A stretch of 64,000 nt of DNA from the human T2T-CHM13v2.0 reference genome, Homo sapiens: the NCBI RefSeq assembly GCF_009914755.1, contig NC_060934.1. One strand, given 5' to 3'. Positions 1-18,931 of the stretch are shown here, piece by piece (the stretch's first letter is position 1; every line of letters starts with the position of its first letter). The translations under genes were made by a program, and so were the position numbers. A model generated the notes under the pieces. That model was not told the origin of the DNA and searched no databases. It was given only the letters and a program-made list of their open reading frames with translations.

Positions 1-5521
<5,521 letters not shown>

Positions 5522-7352
5522 CCTTAATCCAGTGTAATATATTTTTGATGTGCTGTTGGGTTCAGTTTGCTAGAATTTTGTTCAGGATTTTTGCATCTCT
5601 GTTCATCAGGGATAATGATCTGTTTTCTTTTATATGTGTCACCTCTGGTTTAGGTATCAGAATAATACTGGCCTCAAAGAATGAGTTAGGGAGAATTCCT
5701 TCCTCCTCAATTTTTTGTAAAAGTTTCAGGAGGATTAGAATTAGTGCTTTGTATATTTGGTACAATGCAGCTGTGAATCCATCTGGTCCTGGGCTTTTCT
5801 TTTGGGGGAGTTTTTTTATTACTAATTCAATATTGCTACTAATTATTGGTCTGTTTAGGTTTTCTATTCTTTCCTGCTTCAATCTTGGCAGGTGGTATGT
5901 TTCCAGGAATTTCTCCATTTCTTCTAGGTTTTCTAGTGTGTGAGTATATCAATATTTATAATCGTCTCTGATGATCATTTGTATTTCTGTAGTTATCAGT
6001 TGTAATCTCTTCATTCTAATTTCTGATTTTACATGAGTCTTCCATCTTCTTGGTTGGTCTAGCTAGCAGTTTATCAATTTTGTTTATCTTTTCAAAAAAC
6101 CAACCTTTTGTTTTGTTGATCTTTTGTATTTTTTTTAGTCTCTAATTCATTTAATTCTACTCTGATTTTTGTTATTTCTTTTTTCCTGCTAATTTGGGGT
6201 TTTGTTTGTTTTTACTTTTCTAGTTCCTTGAAGTGTTATTAGATTATAAATTTGTAATACTTCTACTTTTATGATGTAGGTATTTAATGCCATAAACTTC
6301 CCTCTCAGCACTGCTTTTTCTGTATCTCACAGATTTTGGTATGTTGTGTTTTAATTTTCATTTGTTTCAAAAAAATTTTTATTTCAATAATAATTTCTTC
6401 ATTGACCCAGTGGTCATTCAGGAGCATAATGTTTAATTTCCATGTGTCTGTATACTTTCCAAAGTTCCTCTTGGTATTGATTTCTAGTTCTATTCCACTA
6501 TGGTCTGAGAAGATACTTGATATGATTTCAATTTTTTTTAATTTGTTGTGACTGTTTTGCAGCCTAATATATGGTCTATCTTGGAGAACATTCCATTGCT
6601 AATGTAAAGAGTGTGTATTCTCCAGTTGTTGGGTAGAGTGTTCTGTAAATGTCTGTCAGGTCCATTTGGCCTAAAGTTCAACTTTTCTTTATTGATTCTC
6701 TATCTCAATAATCTGTGTAATGCCAGGAGTAGGGTGTTGAAGTCCCCTAATATTACCATATTGCTGTCTCTCTCTCTTTAGATCTAGTCATATTTGTTTT
6801 ATGAATACGGGTGCTCCAGGATTGGATGCATGTATTTAGAATTGTTCTATTCTCTTCCTGAATTGATCCCTCTATCATTATATAATGATCTTGTCTTTTT
6901 TATGGTTTTTGACTTAAATTCTGTTTTATCTGATGCAAGTACTCCTGCTTGCTTTGGCTTCTGTTTTGTGGAATATCTCCCCACCCCATCCCTATTTTTA
7001 GTCTATATGTGTCTTTTCAGGTAAGTTTCTTATAAGCAGCATATGCTTAGATCTTTTTTAAATTAATTCAGCCAGTCTACATATTTAAGTGGAGCAGGTA
7101 GTCCATTTATGTTCAAAGTTATTATTGATATGTAAGGGATTTTTTCTGTCATATTGTTAATTGTTTTCTAGTTTTTAAAAAAATTCTTTGTACCCTTCTT
7201 TTTCTCTTATTGTTTATCATTGTGGTTTGGTGTAATTCTGTAGTGGTTCCATTTGATTTCTTTCTCTTCCTCCTTTGTGAGCTTGCTCTACCAATGACTT
7301 ACACTTTTAATGTTTTTCATGATGGTAAATGTCCTTTTCCTTTCAAGTTTAG

Positions 7353-7692
<340 letters not shown>

Positions 7693-9249
7693 TAAGTTCA
7701 GGATTCCCTTGGGAATTTCTTGTAGGTCTGGTCTGGTGGTGATGAATTCTCTTAGCATCTGCTTGTCTGGAAAGTGTTTATTTCTCCTTCATTTATGAGG
7801 GTTAATCTTGCTGGATATAGAATTATTGGCTGATAGTTGATTTCTTTCAGCACTTTGAATATATCATGCAATTCTTTTCTGGCTTGTAAAGTTTCTGCTG
7901 AGAAGTCCACTGATAGTTTGATGGAGTTTCTGTTGTGACTAGGGGCTTTTCTCTTGCTGTTTTAGAATGTGCCTTTCACTTTGGCTTTAGACAGTCTGAT
8001 TATAATGTGCCATAGCAAAGTCCTTTTTGCATTGTATTTATTTGGGGATCACTGAGCTTCCTGTATCTGGATATCTAAATCTCCTGTTATACTTGAGAAG
8101 TTTTCATCTATTATTTCATTAAATGGGCTTTCTAAACCTTTTGATCCCTTTTTGCCCTTATGAACACCAATAATTTGTAAATTCAGTTACTTTATGTTGT
8201 GCCAAACTTCTCAAAGGCTTTGTTCATTCCTTTTCATATTTTTTATATATTTTTGTCTGACTGGATTATTTTTAAAGATTTGTCTTCCAGTTCTCAAATT
8301 CTTTTTTCTACGTAGTCTAGTCTATTGTGGAAGCTTTTGAATACATTTTCTATTTCCATCAATAAATTCTTCAGTTCCAGAATTTCTGTTTCTTATTTAA
8401 TATCTGTCTCCTTGATTTCTCATTCATATTCTGAATTGTTTTCCTGATTTCTTTACATTGGTTTCAGATGTCTCTTGCATCTCACCGAGCTTCCTTAAAA
8501 TCAGTATTTTGAATTCTTCATCTGGGATTCTGATAATTTCTTTTTTGTTAAGATCTATCTTATTATTAATTATTAATAATTAAGAATTATTGTGTTCCTT
8601 TAGGTTTAGGTTTCCTGAATCTTTACATTGATATCTCCACATCTGGTGTAACCGTTGTTTCTATTTTTGAATTTACTTTTTTTCATGGAGGGTGCTTCTT
8701 CCTGAAGCTGTGTCTCTGGTATTGCTTGGGTGGGGCCCTTTGGCTTTGCTTGTGTGTGTGTGCAGTAGTGAAGTATGACTTCTTTGGCTATAAACCTTAG
8801 TGGTATCTGCGGTTTCCTTGATACATTAGGTAAAGTTATTAGTGGAGACTGTATTGAATTTATGGGGGGGGGACTGGATTGGCAGATGGACCTGTCGTCA
8901 GGCTTTAGTGGTAGTAGTGGTGGGCTAAGCATTAAAGTATGCATGGGTTTGATTAGTGCTGTGCTCCACCTTTGTAGGCATCCTGGCTTCTCTGAGTAGT
9001 ATACAAAAAGTTGAGCCTTAATCTTTCCCTGAACACTCTTGAAATTTTAAGTTAATTATCCACTTATAAGTTAAGGAACCATTATATTCATTTTATTTTA
9101 CTAGGAATCTAAAAATGTGTTAGATTTTTAGAAATCTAACACATTTTTAGATATCTAAATCTAATGAGAAAACTATTTTATACTAATATCATTTTTAAAC
9201 GTTTCAAGAAGAAAGAATCTATACACTTTAAGAATTAAAAGCAAATCTC

Positions 9250-9770
9250 TTTACTTTTTTTCCTGTCTGTCTCCCACTAAAATGTTAGTCAGCTCAGTGA
9301 GGGCAAGCCTTATCTATCTAGTTGACTTTTGCGAGCCCAGCATATATAACAGAGCCTGGCCCACAAAAAGGTTTCAATAAATAATTATTTTTAAAAGAGA
9401 GAAAGAAATGTAAGGCTCTGGGGAAAGACAGATAGTATACAGATAATACTTATCTGTATTCATATGAGGGAGATTCACTTTCCCCTACTTAATAATGGAA
9501 AATGAAAGAACTTTGGAAACACTATTTGGAAACGCTATTTGATTGCTTTTTCCTATGTGCCTCCACAGCCTTTGTTCATACCATTACAGTGTCATTTATC
9601 AGACATTATTACAGCTATTTGCATATCTATTTTTCCCAATATACTCTGGGTGCCCAGGACATATCTTATTTATTTTTATATACCCAGGGCCCAAAATAGT
9701 ACCAAATATAGGCACTAAATATTTAACCAAAATAGGTAAACAGTAGACATTCAATAAATGTTTGCAAATT
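9250..9770 (+). mobile_element. L2 3'-end relics (two fragments)
   Basis: acagagcctggcccac...tcaataaata and cagtagacattcaataaatgtttg resemble L2 3' termini. Confidence 0.55.
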
Positions 9771-10699
9771 AATAGGAAAAAGGCATAGGAAAATAGTATA
9801 AATAGTTTCTTTTGTGATCCTCTTCTTTCTCTCCTAACAACACCCACTGTTATACTGACTAATCACTTCCTTTCCATAATCTTTCTCTCTCATTATAAAC
9901 TCTTATTTCTGATTAGAACAAATGCTGAGCCAGGCTTATTTTATATTCCACTATTTTTTCCTGTTCTTTTTATATTCATCAAAGCATTAATGAAAAAACA
10001 AGAGAATGCCTTTTCTATTGCAATTAAAATCTATAATTCCATGTGAAAAGTTTTTAGTAGTTGAAAGCAAAAGCTAAAACCTGGATAACTGAGAACCTTA
10101 CCCTCTGTGGGGATCTCATAGTACTACTAAGCCACCTTTCAAGTAAATTTCAACCAAGTTTGCTCTACAACTCTAAATTTGACTGACAAATCTTTAAGAC
10201 TTGTTACACACAGATCATTAGTTATCTTTTTCCCCAACAACAAAACTAAATAATATTTTTGCTTACTATTTGTCTCTAGAATTTATTCTGAAAGACAACT
10301 CATGATGCTAAAAAAATCTCAAAGTCAAGTTATCCCAGCTACCATAATAATAGATCATGTATCACTATGCTGACTACACTGTATACATTTTTCTCTATCT
10401 TAGAAAAAATATTCCTAAATGTTTATGAATACAAAATATATTAATTATCTGTTACAATACTCTGTTCTTTGCAATATCATGTATAAGCAGCAAGTATCAT
10501 ATACTACATTACATCACTTTTGCAAAACTGGTTACTCACATAAGCCAAACAAAGTACTAAGGCTTTACTATCCTAGGGGATCCCAAAGGGACAGGCCATG
10601 TGTGTTTGCATAATTCAAATGTTTTCTGCTTTTTAAAATTACCATTCAAATGTTTCATTTCAGAGAAAACATCTCATCAAGTACCTATCTTAAAAAAGT

Positions 10700-11410
10700 C
10701 TATTGCATTTCTATACACCACCACCACCAGAAATGGAATTGATCTGAGTCAAGAAACATAGCCATGCATATATGGAACTTTGGCATTTGACAAACGTGAC
10801 ATACCAAAACTGTTTTTCAAAGTAGTTGTACCAATTTACATTCCCACAAGCAATGTTTAAAAGATCCTATTGCTTCAAAGTCTTTCTAACATATGGTATT
10901 GTCAGACTTTTTAATTTTTGCCAGTTTAATTGCATAAAATGATACCTCATTTGCATATCTATCTCACTAATGAGGACAGACATCTCTTTATATTCTTATT
11001 GATGTCATGTGTATACTCTTCTGTGAAATTCTTTTCGGGCCATTTTCCTTTTGTTCATTTTGCTTTTCTTTTTGATTTGTGAAGGTTCGCTATATGTTCT
11101 TGTTACAAATCCCTTGTTGGATTTATACCAATATCTTTTCTCAGTGTATCTTTCCATTTTCTTTTAAAAATTTTTTGACAGAACAAAGTTCTTAATTTTG
11201 AAGTAGTAAGATTTGAATTAGTAAAATTTAAACTAGTTAACTTTGAGCTAGTAAAATGTATGTCTTTTCATAGCTTTTTGTTTCATGTTTAACAAATCTT
11301 GCTCTACTCCCAAAGCGTAAAAAAAAACTCTTATTTTTTAAAGAGTATTTAAAATTGTTTTTGACATTTAGATCCTAAGTCTACCTGGAGTTGACTTTTT
11401 GTCTATAGTT
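10700..11410 (-). mobile_element. Ancient L1ME-type ORF2/3' fragments
   Basis: ccaaaactgtttttcaaagtagttgtaccaatttacattcccac is typical of the antisense 3' region of old L1. Confidence 0.65.
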
Positions 11411-11599
11411 ATGAGAAGCCAAGTGGTAGAGAGACTGAACAACAAAGAAGTCAAAAGAATGTTGCAGCTGATTAGAGGAACTGGGCAAATAATTTTAAGC
11501 CTTTTCTCAGCAAGTTAGGAAGGTAAAATTGGAGTTCTGGGCCTACCTAGGAAGAAATGTCTAGCCAACATTCCACATTTTAAATGGTACTTTACCAAA

Positions 11600-13040
11600 C
11601 TTTAAAAATTAATTCTATAATTTTAATACACAATATCCAGCATCCAATAAAAAATTATCCAACATACCAAAGACAATATTGGATACTTAAGAAACCAAAA
11701 GGAAAAATAGACAATAGGAACAAACCTACAAGAGAGCCATATTACACAAATTAGATATGGATATTAAGTATAAATGAGATGATCAAGAAAAATTATATCA
11801 TGATGAAAATTTCAGCAGGAAATTATAATTTGTAAAAACATATTAAGTGGAAATTCTTGAACCAAGTAATATAATAAAGATTGAAACAGTTGGATTCAAT
11901 GTCACATAGACATAGCTAAACACAGGATTATTAACCATAATATGTTAATAGAAAATGTCCAGATAGAAGCATGAAGAGAAAAACAAATGTACAAAATACA
12001 GAAAAGAGCATAAGAGACCTATGAGACATGATGAAAAAATATTAAATGCATAATCATAATTTGAAAAGACATGTAAGAGAAGAAGAAAAGGGATATCTGA
12101 AGAGAAAATGATCAAGAATTCTCCAAAATAAATGAAAGACATCAAACCATAGACTTCCAAGTGCTATAAACCCCTAGCAGGATAAATACCAAGAAAACCA
12201 CATGAAGGCATATTATAATAATATTACTGACAGCAACAGGAGACAAATTCCTCTGCAGACAGGGATGGGTCCCCAGTGAAACCCAACCTTCAAGCAAAGG
12301 AAAGTCTAAAACCTGAAAATCGAACTGCCAGTTCAGCATTAGAGTCCACGACTGGAGTGAGAACTTTCATCCCTATCTTACCCCCTCTCTCTCAACTGGT
12401 TCCTTCTGAATGATGTCTTTTAACCAATTGAATGGTGCTTTTTCCAAGACCACTCAAGGACCTATCAGCATGCAGTCCCCCATTCTAAGCCCATAAAAAC
12501 CCCAGACTCAGCCTCACAGCCTTACCCACTTTCAGGACCCCTCTCATTGCTGAGAGTTTTCTTTCTGTCACTCAATAAAATTTTACTTTGTCTTACTCAA
12601 TCTCCAATGTCCATGTACCTTATTCCTCTTGGTCTCAGGACAAGAATTTGCTGAACTGCTGGAGCAAAATAGCTGTAACATTCCTCCTCACCAAGCTGGG
12701 GGCAGCAGGAGTAAAATTGCTGTAACATTCCCTCCCACTCACCAAACAAAGGGAGAGAAGAAGCTGCTGGACACCACTCTCTTCCACTCGCCGAACTATG
12801 GGAGCAAAAAAGCCACAATATTTCTAAAAACAAAAGATTTTAAAAATGGTTTAAACAAGTCAGAGAAAAAAGGCACAGTACCTTCAAGGAAGTTGCAAAA
12901 TGACTTATAGTTAATTTGTCAGTAGCAACAATGGAATCCAGAGGCAAAAGAATAACCTCTCCAACTTGCTTTAAAAAAGAAAAAAAGAACTGATTTCCAA
13001 CTTAAAATTATTTACTCAGAGGAAAAAATAAACTCAAAAC
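11600..13040 (+). mobile_element. Ancient L1M/HAL1-like ORF1 region, split by an LTR
   Basis: A-rich ORF1-like sequence (gaattctccaaaataaatgaaagacatcaaacc) resumes after 12820. Confidence 0.55.
12228..12820 (+). mobile_element. Solo ERV1 LTR (LTR27/LTR28-like, MER52/LTR1 group)
   Basis: TG start; CCAAT box; aagcccataaaaaccccagactcagcc TATA region; AATAAA; repeated gctgtaaca units; degenerate 4-bp TSD ttac/tttc. Confidence 0.75.
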
Positions 13041-15059
13041 AGAAAGTGGCAGTTTCCACTGCTAGCAATAATAAGATAGAATACATATGACTAATCCTCT
13101 CACAAATAACAGACAAAATATATAAACCAACTACTTTTTTTAACTTTCTCCTTCCAACATTTATTTTAGGTTCGGGGGTACATGTGCAGATTTGTTACAT
13201 CAGTAAACTGCATGTCACTGGGTTTGGGGTACAAATTATTTCATCACCCAGGTAGTAAGCACAGTACCTGGTAAGTAGTTATTCAATCCTAACCCTTCTC
13301 CTACCCTCCACCTTTAAGTAGGCCCCAATGTCTATTATTCCCTTCTTTGTGTCCATATGTACCCAATGTTTAGCTCCCAAGTATAAGTGAGAAGATGTGA
13401 TATTTGGTTCTCTGTTCCTGTGTTCATTCACTCAGGATAATGGCCTCCAGTTGCATCCATGTTGCTGCAAAGGACATGACTTCATTCTTTTTTATGGCTG
13501 CATAGTAGTCTATGGTGTATACATGGTACATTTTCTTTATCCAATCCACCATTGATGGGCACCTGGGTTGACTCCATGTCATTGCTATTGTAAATAGTGC
13601 TGCAGTGAACACATGAGTGTATGTGTCTTTTTGGTAGAATGATTTATTTTCTTTTGGATATATATGTAAATTGCTTTAGGCAGTATGGCCATTTTAACAA
13701 TATTGATTCTTCTGATCCATGAGCATGGAATGTTTTTCCATTTATTTGTGTCATGTCTGATTTCTTTCAGCAGCATTTTCTAGTTCTCCTTGTAAAGACC
13801 TTTCACCTCCCTGATTAGCTGTATTCCTAGGTATTTTGTACTTTTTGTGGCTATTGTGAATGGATTGTATTCTTGATTTGGCTCTTTGCTTGGATGTTAT
13901 TGCTGTATAGAAATGCTGGTGATTTTTGTATGTTGATTTTGTATCCTGAAAGTTTGCTAAAGTTGTTTATCAGGTCTAGGAGCCTCTGGGCAGAGACGAT
14001 GAGGTTTTCTAAGTATAGGCTTAAATCGTCTGCAAAGAAAGATAGGTTGAATTCCTCTCTTCCTACTTGGATACATTTTTTTTTCTTTCTCTTGACTGAT
14101 TGTTCTGGCTAGGACTTCCAGTACTATGTTGAATAGGAGTGATGAGGGTGGGCATCCTTGTCTTGCACCAGTTCTCAAGGAGAATGCTTCCAGCTTTTGC
14201 CTATTCATATGCTGTTGACTGTGACTTTGTCATAGATGGCTTTTATTATTTTGAGGTATGTACCTTTGATGCCTAGTTTGTTGAGGGTTTTTAAACTGAA
14301 AGGATGTTGAATTTTATTGAAAGCCTTTTCTGTATCTATTGAGATGATCGTGTGTTGTCTTTTAGTTCTGTTTTTGTGATTAATCACATTTATTGACTTG
14401 TATATGTTGAACGGAACTTGCATCCCAGGGATAAGGCCTATTTGATTGTCATGAATTAGCTTTTTGATGTGCTGCTGGATTCAGTTTGCTTGTACTTTAT
14501 TGAGGCTTTTTGCATCTATGTTCATGAGGTATATTGGCCTGAAGTTTTCTTTTATCATTGTGTCTCTGCCAGGTTTTGGTGTCAGAGTGTTGCTGACCTC
14601 GTAGAATCAGGGAGGAATCCCTCCTCCTCGATTTTTTGAACAGTTTCAGAATGATGGGTACCAGCTCTTCTTTATATGTCTGGTAGAATTTAGTTGTGAA
14701 TTCATCTGTTCCAGGGCTTTTTCTGATTAGCAGGGATTTTTTTATTACTGATTCAATTTCAGAACTCATTACTGATCTGTTCAGGGTTTCAATTTATTCC
14801 TGGTTCATTCTTGGGAGCTTGTATGTTTCTGGAAATTTATCAGTTTCTTCTAGGTTTTCTAGTTTATGTGCATAGAGGTGTTCATAATAGTCTCTGAGGG
14901 TTTTTTATGTTTCTGTGAGGTTGATGGTAATGTCCCCATTTTTATTTCTGATTGTGTTTATTTGGATCATCTCTATTTTTTTTTCATAATCTAGGTAGTA
15001 GTCTATCAATCTTATTTGTTCTTTCAAAAAACAAACTTTAGGTTTCATTGATTTTTTAT

Positions 15060-15437
15060 TTTTTAAAAAAATTATTTCCATGAGTTTTGGAGGAACAGGT
15101 GGCATTTGGTTACATGAGTAAGTTCTTTAGTGGTGATCTGTGATATTTTGGTGCACCCATCACTCGAGCAGTATACACTGTACCCAGTTTGTAGTTTTTT
15201 ATCCCTCACCCCACCTCCCACCCTTTCCAATGAGTCCCCATAATCTATTGTATCATTCTTATGCCTTTGCATCATCATAGCTCAGCTCCCACTTGTGAGA
15301 ACACACAATGCTTGGTTTTCCATTCCTGAGTTACTTCCCTTAGAATAATAGTCTCCAGCTCCATCCAAGTTGCTGTGAATGTCATTAATTTGTTCCTTTT
15401 ATGTCTGAGTAGAATTTTATCATGCATATACACACCA
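15060..15437 (-). mobile_element. L1PB1-type 3' fragment nested in the L1PA13-16 element
   Basis: ggttacatgagtaagttctttagtggtgat...gtgcacccatcac matches the L1PB 3'UTR; host ORF2 resumes at about 15440. Confidence 0.8.
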
Positions 15438-16625
15438 AAATGTGTTTTACGTCTCAATTTTATTCAGTTCAGCTCTGATTTTGGTTATTTCTTTTCTTCC
15501 ATTAACTTTGAGGTTGTTTTTCTCTTGCTTTTCTAGTTCCTCTAGCTAAAATTTAGACTGTCAATTTGAGAGCCTTCTGCCTTTTTGATGTGGGCATTTG
15601 GTGCTATAAACTTTCCTCTTAACACTGCTTTAGCTGTGTCCCAGAGATTCTGGTACATTGTATCTTTGTTTTCATTTATTCCAAAGTATTTCTTGATTTC
15701 TCCCTTAATTTTATTGTTTACCCAAAAGTCATTCAGGAGCACATTGTTTAATTTTCATGTCATTGTATGGTTTTGAGAGACCATCTTGGTATTTATTTCT
15801 ATTTTTATTGCACTGAGGACCTGGAATGTGGTTGGTATGATTTCAGTTTCTTTGAATTTGTTGAGAATTGCTTTATAGCTGAGCATTTGGTTGATTTTAG
15901 AGTATGTGCCATGTGCAGATGAGAAGAATGTATATTCTGTGGTTGGGTGGAGTCTTCTGTAGATGTGTTAGGTCTATTCAGTCAAGTGTTGAGTTTAGGT
16001 TTTGAATATCTTTGTTAGTTTTCTGCCTCCATGGTCTGTCTAATTCTGTCAGTAGGGTGTTGAAGTCTCCCACTATTATAGTGTGGTTATCTATCTTTAT
16101 AGGTCTGTAAGAACTTGTTTTATCAATCTGGATGCTCTAGTGTTGAGTACATACATTTTTAGAATAGTTAAGTCTTCTTGTTGAATTGAACCCTTTAACA
16201 TTATGAAATGCCCTTCTTTGTCTTTTGTCATCATTGCTGGTTTGAAGTCTGACTTGTCTGAAATAAAAAATATCAACCTCAGCTCTTTTTTGTTTTCCAT
16301 TTGCTTGGTAAATCTTTCTCCATCCCTTTATTTTGAACATATGGGTGTCACTGTAGGTGAGATGGGTCTCTTGAAGACAGCATGCAGTTGGATCTTGCTT
16401 CTTTATCCAACTTACTTCTCTATGCCTTTTAAGTGGGGCATTTAACCCATTTACATTTATGGTTAACATTGATATGTGCAGATTTGATCCTGCCATCTAT
16501 GTTGTTAGCTGGTGTTTATGTAGACTTGATTATGTAGTTGCTTTATAGTGCATTGGATCTATGTACTTAAGTGTTTTGTGGTGGCTGGTAATAGTCTTTT
16601 GTTTCCATGTTTAGCACTCCCTTAA

Positions 16626-16755
16626 CCCATTTATACCTGAGGTTGCAATTTTTTTAATTTTTACAATCAGACCTTGGTGATGACCTTGAGTAGTAGGATA
16701 TAAATAATTCCCATATGCTTATTGTTCCAATGATGGAACACTAGGTGTAAATGGG
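16626..16755 (+). mobile_element. MER85 (piggyBac/PGBD3-derived MITE)
   Basis: 130 bp; TIRs cccatttatacct / aggtgtaaatggg; TTAA target site; empty site reconstructs as L1 ...actccc-TTAA-ggacctc; internal palindrome gttccaatgatggaac. Confidence 0.92.
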
Positions 16756-18931
16756 TTTTAAGGACCTCTTGAAAGACAGGTCTAGTGGTAACAAATTCCC
16801 TTAGCATTTGCTTTTCTAAAAAGGGTTTTATTTCTCCTTTGCTTATGAAGCTTAGTTTGACTGAATATGAACTTCCTGGTTGGAATTTCTTTTCTTCAAG
16901 GATTAAGCATGCTGAATATAGGCCTGTAGTCTCTTCCAGATTCTAGGGTTTCTGCTGAAAGGTCCACTATTAGCCTGATGGGATTCCCTTTGTAGATGAC
17001 CTGCCCCTTCTCTCTAGATGCCTATAGTACTATTTCTTTGGCATTTGCCTTGGAGAATGATAATTATGTGTCTTGGGGATAGTCATCTTGTATAGTATGT
17101 CACAGGGGTCTCTGAATTTCCTGTATCTGAATGTCAACCTCTTTACAGAGATTGGGGAAATTTTTGTGGACAATATCCTCAAATATGTTTTCCAAGGCAT
17201 TCTCTCTTTCCCTCTCTTTCAGGGATGCCAATGAGTCATAGATTTGGTCTCTTTACATAATCCCATATTTCTCAGAGGTTTTCTCCTTTTTTGTCTTTTT
17301 CCTTTATTTTTATCTGACTGAGTTGTTTCAAAGAACCATCCTTCAAGCTCTGAGATTCCTTCCTCAGCTTGATCTATTCTGCTTTTAATACTTCCAGTTA
17401 TATTACAAAATTCTTTTGGTGAGTCTTTCAGCTCTATCAGATCAGTTTGGTTCTTTCTTAAAATGGCTATTTTATCTTTCAGCTCTTGAATCATTTGACT
17501 GGATTCCTTAGATTCCTTGGATTGGGTTTCAACTTTCTCCCAAATCTTGATAATCTTTCTTGCCATCCAAATTCTGAATTCTATGCTGTCTTTCAGCCAT
17601 TTCAGTTGGGTTAAAAACCACTGCTGGTGAGCTAGTGCAGTCATTTGGAAGTAAGAATACATTGACTTTTAGAGTGGCCAGAGTTCTTACACTGGTTCTT
17701 TCTCATCTGTGTGGGTTGATGTTCCCTTAAATCTTTGAGCTTGTTCTCCTTTGGATCGAGCTTTTTGCTTTTATATTCTTTGATGCCCTTGGTGGTTTGA
17801 CTGTGGTATAAGTTGGATTTGGTCAACTGGCTTCATTTCTGGATGATTTCAGAAGGTCAAGGCTCAGCTCATCACTTCTGTGCTGCATGCTCTAACCCTG
17901 TGGGGGCTGGGACCAAGCCCACAGCTTTGTTCTCTGGCCCTGCTACACTGGAGAGACCAAGATTTTCCTGGTCCACTGGCAACAATACTCTGATGGAGGG
18001 TGCTGACAAAAGCCCTTCATCAGGGTGGTGTCAGTGGGGTTCATGCTCACATGTGTGCACCTGCAGCAACAGGGCAGTGGTAGGGCGGTGGGGGCTGTGC
18101 ATGCACATGTGCTCCAGTGGCACCAGGGTGGCAGTGGCAAGGTTTATAGGAAGAGGCTGCAGGTGAATGCACACCAGCAAAGTGGTGGGTGGAAGCTGTG
18201 AGAGGGTGCACACTGGTGAGGGCCCATCTGCAAAAGTTATCTGACAGTTATATTGGATCTACCAGCCAAAGAGTTATGGTGGTGGCTACAGGAAAGTATA
18301 TCAGCTGGGCGTCTGAGGCTGTACTGCAAGTGGATGCAGCCAGACAGAGACCTTGGGAGAGGCTGGGCAGACAGAGGAGCACTCATCAGACTGGCTCCAC
18401 CCTACAGTTAGATAGCCCTGTTCTGTCTAGATCTGACAGTTAAGAAAGGCCAAAACCACCTAGAGGAGTATGGCAAGCCTTGGGGGCTGGGCATCCCTGG
18501 CCATGTGCCACTGTGATCATTCTTGTTCCAAACCTTCTGGGTTCCATGCAGGCTGGATTCCTGTCTTTGCCAGCTCTCCAAACAGCTCTCCTTGTCAGTT
18601 CAAATGTCTATGGGGATCATGGGGTCTCCTGCACCTAGGATTCTTGAGGTCCCTGGTGAGAGCAGGCCACTCTATGCCTATTTAACTCATCCCTTCCCTG
18701 GGAGCCTCTCAGGGCCAGGAATGAGTCCTGGTGCTTGGCAACCCCATGCAGGGTTCCCAACTTCCTCCCCCCTTCAGCCCAGGATCTGCATTCTCCTTCC
18801 AACCACTTTCAATGCCTTCCTTCCGAAGTACTGTTCAGAATGTGCTGATTTTGACGGTGTGGTCTCTTGGTGGGAGAAGCTCTTCCTGAACCCTGTAGTC
18901 AGCTATCTTGGCTCCTCCCAAAACAACTATT

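Larger units (their letters stand above)
13136..18919 (-). mobile_element. Old L1PA13-16-type LINE-1 with both ends present, an internal deletion and nested insertions
   Basis: 5' end GGGAGGAGCCAAGATAGCTGAC; ORF1 (17219-17662), EN (16137-16496) and RT remnants; 3'UTR 13140-13660; TSD aaaccaactact (13124-13135) / aaaacaactatt (18920-18931). Confidence 0.9.
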
